Assembly: GCA_963676395.1 (NCBI GenBank)
Contig: OY781066.1
Span: 1,792,001-1,856,000 of the forward strand
Reading direction: 5' to 3'
DNA: 64,000 nt
Source of the DNA: a bacterium
GTDB taxonomy: Bacteria; Fidelibacterota; Fidelibacteria; Fidelibacterales; Fidelibacteraceae
Shown: positions 48,882 to 58,113 of the stretch, piece by piece
How positions within the stretch are numbered: the stretch's first letter is position 1
How the letters are laid out: each line of letters starts with the position of its first letter
The notes under the pieces: model-generated
The model's input: the letters and a program-made list of their open reading frames with translations, nothing else
What the model was told of the DNA's origin: nothing
The model's database searches: none
Made by a program: the position numbers and the translations under genes

Positions 48882-49244
48882 ATGATATTCTTTTTCAAGC
48901 GTAAGACGTGAGACGCCTGCCGGTAGTAGCCTTCTTGACCACCGTAGCCTAGGCGGGGGCGGGTTAGTAGTGAACCGTTAAAAAGAAGTTGATTTCAGAA
49001 TCGCCCGTATTATTTGAGTAAATTTTTAATGATATACAAAACATGGATCGTGATGGAGGCGAAAAAGGCGCTACCATCGTCACGATTACAACGGACAGGT
49101 TTATAGATAATGGCTCTTTTCAATAGCCGCGGGTAATGTCATCCTGAGCGAATAACCCAAGGCCAAAAGATCTCAAAATCTCTCGAAAAGGTTTTTTTGA
49201 CTGAATGCCTACGACTAAATTGGGTAGATTAATTCAGTATAATA

Positions 49245-49290
49245 AAAGAACCCCATAATGGATGCATTTCCACTATGGGGCTCATTTTAT
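49245..49290 (-). terminator. Putative terminator of the DUF898 gene
   Basis: ccccataatgga...tccactatgggg hairpin with an A-run on its left. Confidence 0.55.
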
Positions 49291-49301
49291 TTTAAGCCAG
49301 C

Positions 49302-50228
49302 TTACTTCGACTCTAAATATGTTTTACTTAATATTCTTTTTCCAATTTTGCAAGCAGCCCAGGGATAATAGATTCCCAGGGTAATGATTGATAAAAGGGA
49401 TTGTCCCCAAATAAAAAGAAAATCTTTCGATTGCTCTATATCATATCCAAGTCTCATTTTTGCTTCATTATTTTCTACGCATGTTTTTTGAGTAAAATAT
49501 TTATATAACCTAAGTATGGCTAGAGGGTAATATATTCCAAGTGTAATGACTGTGAGTAGTAATTCAATGGCAATTTTTCCACAAGATTCCCAAAATTTTG
49601 TATCCCAAGAAATTTGGTATTCTTTGTATTTTATATCTACCATCCATTTATATGCAAAGTATGCATAAGGTATTGCAATGATGAATATGATGATTTGAAA
49701 TATAAAATTTAATCCGACACTTCCGCTGTTGTTGATCAAAAACTGACTCATAACTATCGTTAATACAACAATAGGAATAATAATAGCTAATAACATGATC
49801 AGGAATAACTTCCCACCTTTACCTTGAAACTGAAGATTGTTTGATTTGTAAGAAGTATTATCTACAAAAAATTTATATATATTTCTAACATACCACGCTC
49901 CGTAAATTCCCAACGTAATAATAGTAAGAAAAAGCCCTAATAATACAGTGCCCATGTATTTCCCGAATTTCCCATTGAATTCTACACTTTCATTATTATA
50001 GCTTATGTTCTCAATGCTTAATTTTGTGATGTAAAAAGTGATAAAAAATGTAATGATCATTACTAAAAATAACAAGGGTAACAATATCAGCGAAGAAGCA
50101 TCATCAGCCTGAATATTTTGCATTTTAAGAATGATAATTGAATAAGGAATAATAAATAATACTAAAAAAGCTATCCATATTGGGAAAAGCTTTTTGCCGG
50201 TTAATTTGAAATCAAAATAATTTTTCAT
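49302..50228 (-). CDS. DUF898/YjgN family membrane protein
   Basis: Three repeats of LTIITLGIY.(P/A)(W/L) and F.GKGG motifs. Confidence 0.8.
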   Translation of the reverse strand: MKNYFDFKLTGKKLFPIWIAFLVLFIIPYSIIILKMQNIQADDASSLILLPLLFLVMIITFFITFYITKLSIENISYNNESVEFNGKFGKYMGTVLLGLFLTIITLGIYGAWYVRNIYKFFVDNTSYKSNNLQFQGKGGKLFLIMLLAIIIPIVVLTIVMSQFLINNSGSVGLNFIFQIIIFIIAIPYAYFAYKWMVDIKYKEYQISWDTKFWESCGKIAIELLLTVITLGIYYPLAILRLYKYFTQKTCVENNEAKMRLGYDIEQSKDFLFIWGQSLLSIITLGIYYPWAACKIGKRILSKTYLESK

Positions 50229-50415
50229 AATTCTCCTATTAGATTTTGCTGTTTAATTTCATGTGTATTCATGATGTCATCTCATTTATTTTAGAAATCG
50301 ATTAAGTCGTATTTATTTAATTGTGTAAAAATAAGATAAGTCAGGTAAAATTCCAAAGGCTTTTCTTTTTTGTGAGACATGGAATGTTGCAATTTGTCAC
50401 TATCGCTTTTCAAGC

Positions 50416-52983
50416 TTAGCGCTTATTAGCCCCCAAATATTTATTGATCAGTCCGAACAAATTATCTTTTTCAATTGGTTTAGAGATAAAATCATTACAA
50501 CCGGCGTTGAGACATTTTTCCCGGTCACCCATTTGAGCAAATGCGGTTTGTGCGATGATCAGGATATCTTTGTTAAATTCACGTATTTTTTGTGTGGCGG
50601 TAAGACCATTCATTTTGGGTAGTTTGATATCCATTAGAACCAGATCAAGATCGGGATTGTTTTTACATGTTTCAACGGCTTCGAGACCATTATTTGCAAT
50701 AAAAATTTCCTTAGCAAAATCTTCGAGAAGTATATTTAAATAGGTTGCTGCAAATTCTTCGTCTTCTACGATAAGAATTTTGAGTGGCTTATTGGTGGTA
50801 AAATCTTCATGCTTTTTATTGTCGGTGTGTACGATTGTTTCAACTGCGGGATTGTAAGGTAGTGTAAAATAGAAAATCGACCCGGATTTTTCAATGCTTT
50901 CCACCCAAATATTACCTCCAAGCATTTCTACATATGCTTTTGTAATGGATAAACCCAATCCGGAACCTTCGTACACATTTTTATCTTCTATGTCTGCTTG
51001 TTCAAAACGATTGAATATAGCGTTTTGTCGTTTTACCGGAATACCAATCCCGGAATCTTTGACATAGAATTTTAGTTGATCGTTAGCTTCTTTGGTGCAG
51101 CCAAATTCTATGCTTCCTTCGTGAGTATATTTTAGTGCATTTTTTATAAGGTTTGTCAGGATTGAATTTAATTTATCTTTATCTGTTTTGATGTTTATTT
51201 TATGATCTGTTGATTGTTTGCTTATTGATAACCTAAGATTATTTTCCTGGGCTTCAGGTTGGAAGAAATCTAATAATTCTTGCGTTAATAGACCTAAATC
51301 AACATCTGATAATGAAATTTTTTCCTGGCCGGATTCAATTTTTGATATATCTATAATATTCTGGAGTGTATCTAGCATTCGCTGTCCACTTTGTTCAATG
51401 ATATTAATATATCGTTTTTCTTCTTCTCCGGTTAAATTGGGTTTCTTTAATAGACCGGTAAAGCCCAGTATGCCATTCATAGGCGTTCTGATTTCGTGAC
51501 TCATGTTAGCCAGAAAAGCAGATTTTAAATGATCACTTTCTTCTGCTTTTTCTTTGGCGGATATCAGTTCTTTTTCTGCGATTATTTTTTCGCTTATATC
51601 GATCCATTGACAAACAATATTTGTTATTTCATTTTTTTCATTTAAAAGAGGGAATAATGTTACATTAATCCATAGATCATGAGCCCTAGACAGATCAATG
51701 TGTTTTATTTTGTTTGCTTCCCAAAGTAGTGTAAAGTCAACTGTTTTTTGTTCGTTAAATACTGACTTGATCTTTAGTGATAATTCATCATTTTGTAAGT
51801 TTTCATCTTTTAGTACACTGTATTTTCCTACTAAATCTTCATCAGTTAGATTCAGTATCGCTTTTAGTGCTTTGTTTGCATCTTGGAGTATACCATTTTT
51901 ATCGGCTATCCACATTGGGAAAGGGTTGTTCTCTACAAGGGCTCTGAATTTTTGTTCACTTTTCTTTAGCAGCCTTTCTGCTTTTTTTCTTTGGGCTTCA
52001 CCTTTCATGATGTTGCTTACTTTTGCTAAAGAAAAAACATAAATGATCACTGCTATAAATAATATGAAAAGGAATACAGTTGATCGTAATCTGAACTTAG
52101 AGAGAGAACTGTATATTTCGGCCTCATCGAAAGAAATTAAAATAGTCCAGTATGTAGATCCCAGTGGGATGCGTTGATAAACGACAAATTTTTTCTCTGC
52201 TTTTTTAGTATTTAATCCACTAAAATCTTGATGTGTGCTAAATCCTGTTCCGTTTTCACTTCCCTTGATTTTGTCGATTAATTCAAGCGTATTAACATCA
52301 CTCATTGTATTTTGAATGAATGATGCACCTTCGTGTCCCGGTATGCGACAATATATTTGAAACAAATTTTCAGAGATTAACCATGAATGCCCATTTTTTT
52401 CATCACCAATATTATCAAGAAATTTATTTCCAATTTTATTAAGGGGGATGAGTAAGGCAAGGCTACCATTAAATTCCTTATCTTTAAATACCGGTACATG
52501 TATAGCAATGGTATTGTAGCCTTGAACACTCATAAAAATATCACTGATCACCGGTTTGTGTGTGGCAAATATTTTGATCATATGGTCTTGCCATGAAATA
52601 TCCTGCCCTATGACTGAATCCATGTAAGGATAAGTATAAACGATCCTGCCGGAGGCGTTTACTCTTGTAATTGCATCAAGGGTGTTGGAGTGCATCTTAT
52701 AGTAATCTATCAGGCATTTTTTATATCCGGTGCTAAGGTCAATGACCGGGGCATATTTAGCTATGAATGTTAGGTCAGATTGATAGGTTGCCAAAAGCGT
52801 AGAGATACCCTGAGCAGCTGTTTTTGCCAATAACAACTGTTCCTTAACGAAATCATCTTTGGTTTTATTTTTAATGTCAGTGTATATGAGATTGAAAAAA
52901 AAGTAGAACAATACAAAAAATACAATGATAATCAGATATCTCTTGGAAGTCCATTCTATAAACTTTCTTTGTTTAGGAACCAT
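50416..52983 (-). CDS. Hybrid sensor histidine kinase (Cache-PAS-HisKA-HATPase-REC)
   Basis: FLANMSHEIRTPMNG, NLIKNALKYT, GSGLGLSI, LVLMDIKLP. Confidence 0.93.
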   Translation of the reverse strand: MVPKQRKFIEWTSKRYLIIIVFFVLFYFFFNLIYTDIKNKTKDDFVKEQLLLAKTAAQGISTLLATYQSDLTFIAKYAPVIDLSTGYKKCLIDYYKMHSNTLDAITRVNASGRIVYTYPYMDSVIGQDISWQDHMIKIFATHKPVISDIFMSVQGYNTIAIHVPVFKDKEFNGSLALLIPLNKIGNKFLDNIGDEKNGHSWLISENLFQIYCRIPGHEGASFIQNTMSDVNTLELIDKIKGSENGTGFSTHQDFSGLNTKKAEKKFVVYQRIPLGSTYWTILISFDEAEIYSSLSKFRLRSTVFLFILFIAVIIYVFSLAKVSNIMKGEAQRKKAERLLKKSEQKFRALVENNPFPMWIADKNGILQDANKALKAILNLTDEDLVGKYSVLKDENLQNDELSLKIKSVFNEQKTVDFTLLWEANKIKHIDLSRAHDLWINVTLFPLLNEKNEITNIVCQWIDISEKIIAEKELISAKEKAEESDHLKSAFLANMSHEIRTPMNGILGFTGLLKKPNLTGEEEKRYINIIEQSGQRMLDTLQNIIDISKIESGQEKISLSDVDLGLLTQELLDFFQPEAQENNLRLSISKQSTDHKINIKTDKDKLNSILTNLIKNALKYTHEGSIEFGCTKEANDQLKFYVKDSGIGIPVKRQNAIFNRFEQADIEDKNVYEGSGLGLSITKAYVEMLGGNIWVESIEKSGSIFYFTLPYNPAVETIVHTDNKKHEDFTTNKPLKILIVEDEEFAATYLNILLEDFAKEIFIANNGLEAVETCKNNPDLDLVLMDIKLPKMNGLTATQKIREFNKDILIIAQTAFAQMGDREKCLNAGCNDFISKPIEKDNLFGLINKYLGANKR

Positions 52984-53174
52984 ATATTTGCCGTTCGTTG
53001 TTTAAAATTATCCTTGCAGGTAGCTACCTTATAATGATATATATATTATTGAAAATCTTATTTAACTGCAAGAAAACAAAAAAGTAATCAAAAATGATAA
53101 GGTTGAAAATTACAATACTTTCTTTAGATGAATTTTGTCTGCGAATGAAATATCGTTCTGATATAGTGTATGAT

Positions 53175-54119
53175 TTACACGAGTGTAGCGAGGAATATTT
53201 TTCTTTCAAACTTTGTTTTACCCATCTTCCCGATGCTGCATTGATCAATCATGCTAAGTCCGCATGATTCGATCATACCAGAAATATCGCTGGTAGAAAC
53301 GATAACGAGTTTGTTTGCAACCTTAGCCGCAGAGCGAATGATATGGCTCAGAGTTTCATCATCGGCTCGACAAAAAAGATTGTAGGGGAGGTCTACAATG
53401 GCGGCATTGTATTTCCCTTGTATATCTTTGATGTCTGAGTGATATACCTTAGCTTTATAATCAAAATGTGCCAGATTAGCTCTGGCTTGATGGCAAACTT
53501 TTTTGCCGATCTCACAACCTTCAATATCATAACCGGCATAACAAGCTTCTAGAAGAACAGTACCAATCCCGCAGCAGGCATCGATAAGCTTTTTTTCTTT
53601 CTTGCCCTGTGAAGCGATATTTGCCAAAGCTTTAGCAACCTTTACATTTATCGCAGAGCTGAAAGTATAAGGTTTATTTTGATGTTTATTCCAATCGGCA
53701 TTGTTATGAATAAGCTCAGAGAAATACCATTGATCTTCATGATAACACAAAGCATAGCTAATATGTGGATGATAATAATCAGGTTCTCCCTCGATACAAA
53801 AAGCTATGTCACGACATTTGCTCAGTCGATCAGAATTTCTATGTGGGTCGCCGTGCAGACGAATGTATTCAATTTTAAAACCGTTGAGCTTAAGTTTTAA
53901 GGCTTTGATCTTTTGCAGGAGTTTGTCGTAGTGCTTATCTTGTAGCAGGATATCCAGTCGTTTACGAATAAAGGCTGAGGCATCTGGTTTGATTTTTATA
54001 TCAGAGAAGAGAAATTTATTTTCCATATTTACCGAGAATAAATATCGTGCTTCAAACAAACAGAGTTCCGTTTCGTGGTGATTATAATTAAAAATGTAAA
54101 GATAATTAGCTTTTTGCAT
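53175..54119 (-). CDS. SAM-dependent methyltransferase (TRM11/UPF0020-like)
   Basis: IDACCGIGT and VDLPY motifs. Confidence 0.8.
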   Translation of the reverse strand: MQKANYLYIFNYNHHETELCLFEARYLFSVNMENKFLFSDIKIKPDASAFIRKRLDILLQDKHYDKLLQKIKALKLKLNGFKIEYIRLHGDPHRNSDRLSKCRDIAFCIEGEPDYYHPHISYALCYHEDQWYFSELIHNNADWNKHQNKPYTFSSAINVKVAKALANIASQGKKEKKLIDACCGIGTVLLEACYAGYDIEGCEIGKKVCHQARANLAHFDYKAKVYHSDIKDIQGKYNAAIVDLPYNLFCRADDETLSHIIRSAAKVANKLVIVSTSDISGMIESCGLSMIDQCSIGKMGKTKFERKIFLATLV

Positions 54120-54201
54120 TGACTAAAATATGAAAACAATAATTTACCTCAAATGGAAAAGTTATTATTTGCATTATATAAATTATTTTGGGAAATAAAG
54201 T

Positions 54202-55104
54202 TTAGCTCATCGCTGAGTTGATCATTTCAGCTATTTTTACCGTTTTAACTCCGGTTTGAGCATTGATAGGATAATCTTTATTCTGTCTTACAGCTTCAAC
54301 AAAGGTATTTAGTTCATCCATCATGGCATCGGAAAACTCAAATTCGAGAACTTTATCATTCTTGCTGGAAGAAAGGGTACGATTCATTAGATCGGCTTTG
54401 TACTCAAAATCGCCGTCTGTACAAAGTATCTCACGTCTTCGTTTTTCTTCAGCCCGCGAGGCGAATAGAATAGCTTCTGAACCATTGGTGAATTTAATTA
54501 TAGCAGTGGCACGATCACTGTTATTTGTATAAGGATTTTCACCTGTTGCATACACGGTGTCGATAGGGTATGGGATAAAGTGTGTGATCAGATCAATATC
54601 ATGGATCATTAATTCAAGCACAATGGAAACATCAATACCATTTCCCGGAATGTATGGTCCTTGGCGGAATGCTAACAATTTTTTAGGTGTTGTTTTAAGT
54701 TGATCTTTAAGTTGGATAAGCACCGGATTGTAGCGTTCAATATGGCCAAGTCCAACTTTCACACCCTTTTGAGAGGCAAGTTCGGCCAATTCTTCGGCTT
54801 GTTCAAGTGTTTGAGCAAACGATTTTTCTATAAAAATATGTTTGCCGGCTTCAAGGCACTGTTTTGCAATAATATAGTGCTGGGATATAGGAACGACAAT
54901 ATCAAGAATATCACAGATAGCGATAAGATCATTCAAAGAATAATAGTTTAGATCCTGTTCTTTTTCAAGTTTTTGGCAGATCTCACTATTCTTGTCATTA
55001 AAGCCAATAACTTCAATATTATCCATTGCCAGCCACTTGCTGAGATGACGGGAACCAAAGCGTCCCACTCCGATGATACCGACTTTTAATGTTTCATTTA
55101 TCAT
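54202..55104 (-). CDS. Gfo/Idh/MocA oxidoreductase
   Basis: GVGRFG, HIFIEK, GHIERYNP, LMIHDID. Confidence 0.88.
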   Translation of the reverse strand: MINETLKVGIIGVGRFGSRHLSKWLAMDNIEVIGFNDKNSEICQKLEKEQDLNYYSLNDLIAICDILDIVVPISQHYIIAKQCLEAGKHIFIEKSFAQTLEQAEELAELASQKGVKVGLGHIERYNPVLIQLKDQLKTTPKKLLAFRQGPYIPGNGIDVSIVLELMIHDIDLITHFIPYPIDTVYATGENPYTNNSDRATAIIKFTNGSEAILFASRAEEKRRREILCTDGDFEYKADLMNRTLSSSKNDKVLEFEFSDAMMDELNTFVEAVRQNKDYPINAQTGVKTVKIAEMINSAMS

Positions 55105-55246
55105 AAGCGTTAAAATAAGAAATTCCTATCGAAAGACAAAAGCATAAATATTATTAGAAGAATATTGTCTTGATAATCAGTATTGCATTTTTCTTGTTTT
55201 TTGGCAGTCTAAAAGATAAATTTCACGTTAAACAAAAAGGAATGAC

Positions 55247-56770
55247 ATGAAAAAAAATAATGTGATGTTGATGATCCTGGATGGCTATGGCATTCGTGAA
55301 AATCACGATAATAATGCAGCCTTTCAGGCAAAAACACCGTTTTTAGATAAGCTAAAAGCAGAAAATCCCATGACTGCTCTTAACTGTCACGGAAACGAGG
55401 TTGGTCTTCCTAAAGGTGTCATGGGGAATTCTGAAGTTGGTCACTTGAATATTGGAGCCGGTCGTGTTGTAATGCAGGATCTGGTTCGTATTGATAAAGC
55501 TCTGGAAGATGGCTCATGTGCCGACTATCCTGAGTATAAAGATTTGGTAAAGCATGCGGTAGATAATGATGTGCCTGTTCATTTAATGGGCTTGATGTCC
55601 GACGCAGGTGTTCACTCTAATGTTAATCATGTAAAAAAGATCCTTATTTCGCTAAAAGCCAATGGTGTAAAGCAAGCTTATATTCATGCCTTAATGGATG
55701 GTCGCGATACACCTCCCAACAGCGGTGCCGGATACCTTGAAGATCTGATTACTTTCATGAACAAAAATGAATTTGGTAAAATTTCAACAATTATCGGTCG
55801 TTATTATGCCATGGATCGTGATAAACGCTGGGAACGCGTAGAAAAAGCCTACAATGCCCTTGTTCGCGGTGAAGGTGTTAAAACGGATGACCCCGTTGCA
55901 ACTGTTAAAGAATTTTATGCAAAAGATGTTACGGATGAATTTATGGAAGCCATCATTGTAGAAGAAGATGCCAGATTAAAAGATGGCGATGCGATGTTGA
56001 CCTTTAATTATCGTGCCGATCGTGTACGTGAGATCTCTGTAGCATTGAATGATAAAAGCTTTAATGAATTTAAAACTGAAGATATTAATTTGCATTATGT
56101 AACGATGACTCAGTATCAGGCTGATTTCCCATATCCGGTGTTGTTTAAACCGGTACAAATGGATAAGATCTTCGGTGAAGTGGTTGCCGATGCGGGATTG
56201 ACTCAATTACGTATTGCCGAAACAGAGAAGTATGCCCATGTGACTTATTTCTTTAATGGTGGTGAAGAGCAGCAGTATCCCGGTGAAGATCGTATTCTGG
56301 TACCTTCACCTAAAGTTGCAACATATGATTTACAGCCCGAAATGAGTGCGCCCGAAGTCACTGAAAAACTACTTGAGGCCATCGAGGCGGATAAATTTAA
56401 TGCTATTGTCCTTAACTTTGCAAATGGCGATATGGTGGGACATACCGGTATGTTGGATGCCGCAATCAAAGCACTTGAATACTTGGATGGTGCTATTGAG
56501 CGCATCGTAAAAGCATTTAACGCCAAAGGTGGAACTGTATTTATTACAGCCGATCATGGAAATTGTGAAACAATGTGGGATGACAAGAACGGACAACCTC
56601 ATACACAACATACTTTAAACAAGGTTCCCTTTATTGCATGTGATCCCGATGGAAAGATCAAATCTATGCGCGATGGCGGAAAACTTGCCGATATTGCTCC
56701 GACTCTACTTGATGTTTTGGGCATTGAAAAACCAGAACAGATGACCGGTGAGAGTTTGTTGCTTAAATAG
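55247..56770 (+). CDS. gpmI: 2,3-bisphosphoglycerate-independent phosphoglycerate mutase
   Basis: LDGYG, MGNSEVGH, AETEKYAHVT, DMVGHTG, TADHGN. Confidence 0.97.
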   Translation: MKKNNVMLMILDGYGIRENHDNNAAFQAKTPFLDKLKAENPMTALNCHGNEVGLPKGVMGNSEVGHLNIGAGRVVMQDLVRIDKALEDGSCADYPEYKDLVKHAVDNDVPVHLMGLMSDAGVHSNVNHVKKILISLKANGVKQAYIHALMDGRDTPPNSGAGYLEDLITFMNKNEFGKISTIIGRYYAMDRDKRWERVEKAYNALVRGEGVKTDDPVATVKEFYAKDVTDEFMEAIIVEEDARLKDGDAMLTFNYRADRVREISVALNDKSFNEFKTEDINLHYVTMTQYQADFPYPVLFKPVQMDKIFGEVVADAGLTQLRIAETEKYAHVTYFFNGGEEQQYPGEDRILVPSPKVATYDLQPEMSAPEVTEKLLEAIEADKFNAIVLNFANGDMVGHTGMLDAAIKALEYLDGAIERIVKAFNAKGGTVFITADHGNCETMWDDKNGQPHTQHTLNKVPFIACDPDGKIKSMRDGGKLADIAPTLLDVLGIEKPEQMTGESLLLK

Positions 56771-56831
56771 CCGAAAAGTGTCATCCCGAGCGAAGTCGAG
56801 GGAGCTAAAACTAAACTGTATGAATGCTGAT

Positions 56832-56860
56832 AAGGAGTCTTATGTTAAGACTCCTTTTTT
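56832..56860 (+). terminator. Intrinsic terminator of gpmI
   Basis: aaggagtctta..taagactcctt followed by a T-run. Confidence 0.8.
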
Positions 56861-56874
56861 ATTAGCACAGGTCT

Positions 56875-57410
56875 GTCCCCCCGAGCATGGTCGAGGGGTC
56901 TCAAACTAAATAGCAATGTGCTTGAGTATAGTGGTTATGTTGAGGAATGATTACATTCGTTGCGGCATTCAAGGTTATACTCAGGGAGTAATGTCTTTGG
57001 TTTGCGATCTCTCCACTCATTCGTTTCTCACTCGGTCGAGATGACAAGAAAAGTGTCACCCCGAGCGAAGTCGAGGGGTCTCAGGTTAAGTAGTGATGTG
57101 CTTGAGTATAGTGGTTATGTTGAGGAATGATTACATTCGTTGTGGCATTCAAGGTTATACTCAGGGAGTAATGTCTTTGGTTTGAGATCTCTCCACTCGT
57201 TCGTTCCTCACTCGGTCGAGATGACAAGAAAAGTGTCATCCCGAGCGAAGTCGAGGGAGCTCAAGTTAAATAGTGATGTGCTTGAGTATAGTGATTATGT
57301 TGAGAGAATGATTACATTCGTTGTGGCATTCAAGATTATATTCAGGGAGTAATGTCGTTAGTTTGCGATCTCTCCACTCGTTCGTTCCTCACTCGGTCGA
57401 GATGACAAAA
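56875..57410. repeat. Three tandem 180-bp REPIN/BIME-like units, plus a lone half-unit at 56774..56805
   Basis: Units start at 56875, 57055 and 57235. Each is bounded by gtcatcccgagcgaagtcgaggg and its imperfect inverse gatctctccact..cggtcgagatgac around a near-identical core. Confidence 0.9.
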
Positions 57411-57431
57411 AAGCCACGCTTATGCGTGGCT
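57407..57431 (-). terminator. Intrinsic terminator
   Basis: agccacgc-ttat-gcgtggct with an A-run on its left. Confidence 0.75.
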
Positions 57432-57438
57432 CAATGTT

Positions 57439-58104
57439 TTATCTAATTAACTTCGATTTTTTTAAATATTCTTCATCGTCACCATAAATAAACAATACCG
57501 TACCTTCTTTTATGGTTTTAATAATATCCTGAGTGATATCCGGAGGAAGCGCGGGACAGCCCCAACTGCGACCGAGTCTGCCGTTTTCTTGGATAAATTC
57601 ATCAGTAACATAATCAGCCGAATGGATCACGATGTAACGTTTTCTTGCGCGATGATTAACCCCTTTCTCTAAACCATCAAGTTTCAAAGATGTCCCATGT
57701 TTTCCTTCATATGTTTCTGCGGTTTTATAAAAGCCCAATGAACTCTGGCGAGAGCCTTCTTTGTTAGAAAAGGCCATTGCAATATCTTCGCCGGTATTGA
57801 CTCCGTGAGAGGTATATGTATAGTAGAGAAGATTTTTGTTTTTTAGGTCAATGACATAAAAACGTTGAAATGTTGAAGGAAGTCCAAAATCAATAATTGC
57901 CAATAAATTGTCTTTTTTTTGCGCGATTTTAGAGTATCCGGTCATAGCCATTTTAAAGACATTATAATCTAGGACAGCTTCTAATTCTATATCACTGTAG
58001 AGTTGATTGATCTCTTCGATTGGCATGGGGGTTTTATTATACATCATGGTTGAACATCCGGAAAAAATTGCGATTATTAATAGTAATGGTATAAGTTTTT
58101 TCAT
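57439..58104 (-). CDS. Murein L,D-transpeptidase catalytic-domain lipoprotein (YkuD_2)
   Basis: Lipobox FSGC, SSLGFY, IVIHSADYV, GRSWGCPA. Confidence 0.9.
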   Translation of the reverse strand: MKKLIPLLLIIAIFSGCSTMMYNKTPMPIEEINQLYSDIELEAVLDYNVFKMAMTGYSKIAQKKDNLLAIIDFGLPSTFQRFYVIDLKNKNLLYYTYTSHGVNTGEDIAMAFSNKEGSRQSSLGFYKTAETYEGKHGTSLKLDGLEKGVNHRARKRYIVIHSADYVTDEFIQENGRLGRSWGCPALPPDITQDIIKTIKEGTVLFIYGDDEEYLKKSKLIR

Positions 58105-58113
58105 CGAGAGTTC

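Noticed and set aside
57140..57352. 70-aa ORF in the tandem repeat
   Set aside because: The frame is not preserved between repeat copies (stops and an indel), and there is no RBS.
56875..57410. Possible CRISPR array
   Set aside because: The would-be spacers are near-identical, the period is 180 bp, and no cas genes are in the window. It is a tandem REP-like repeat.
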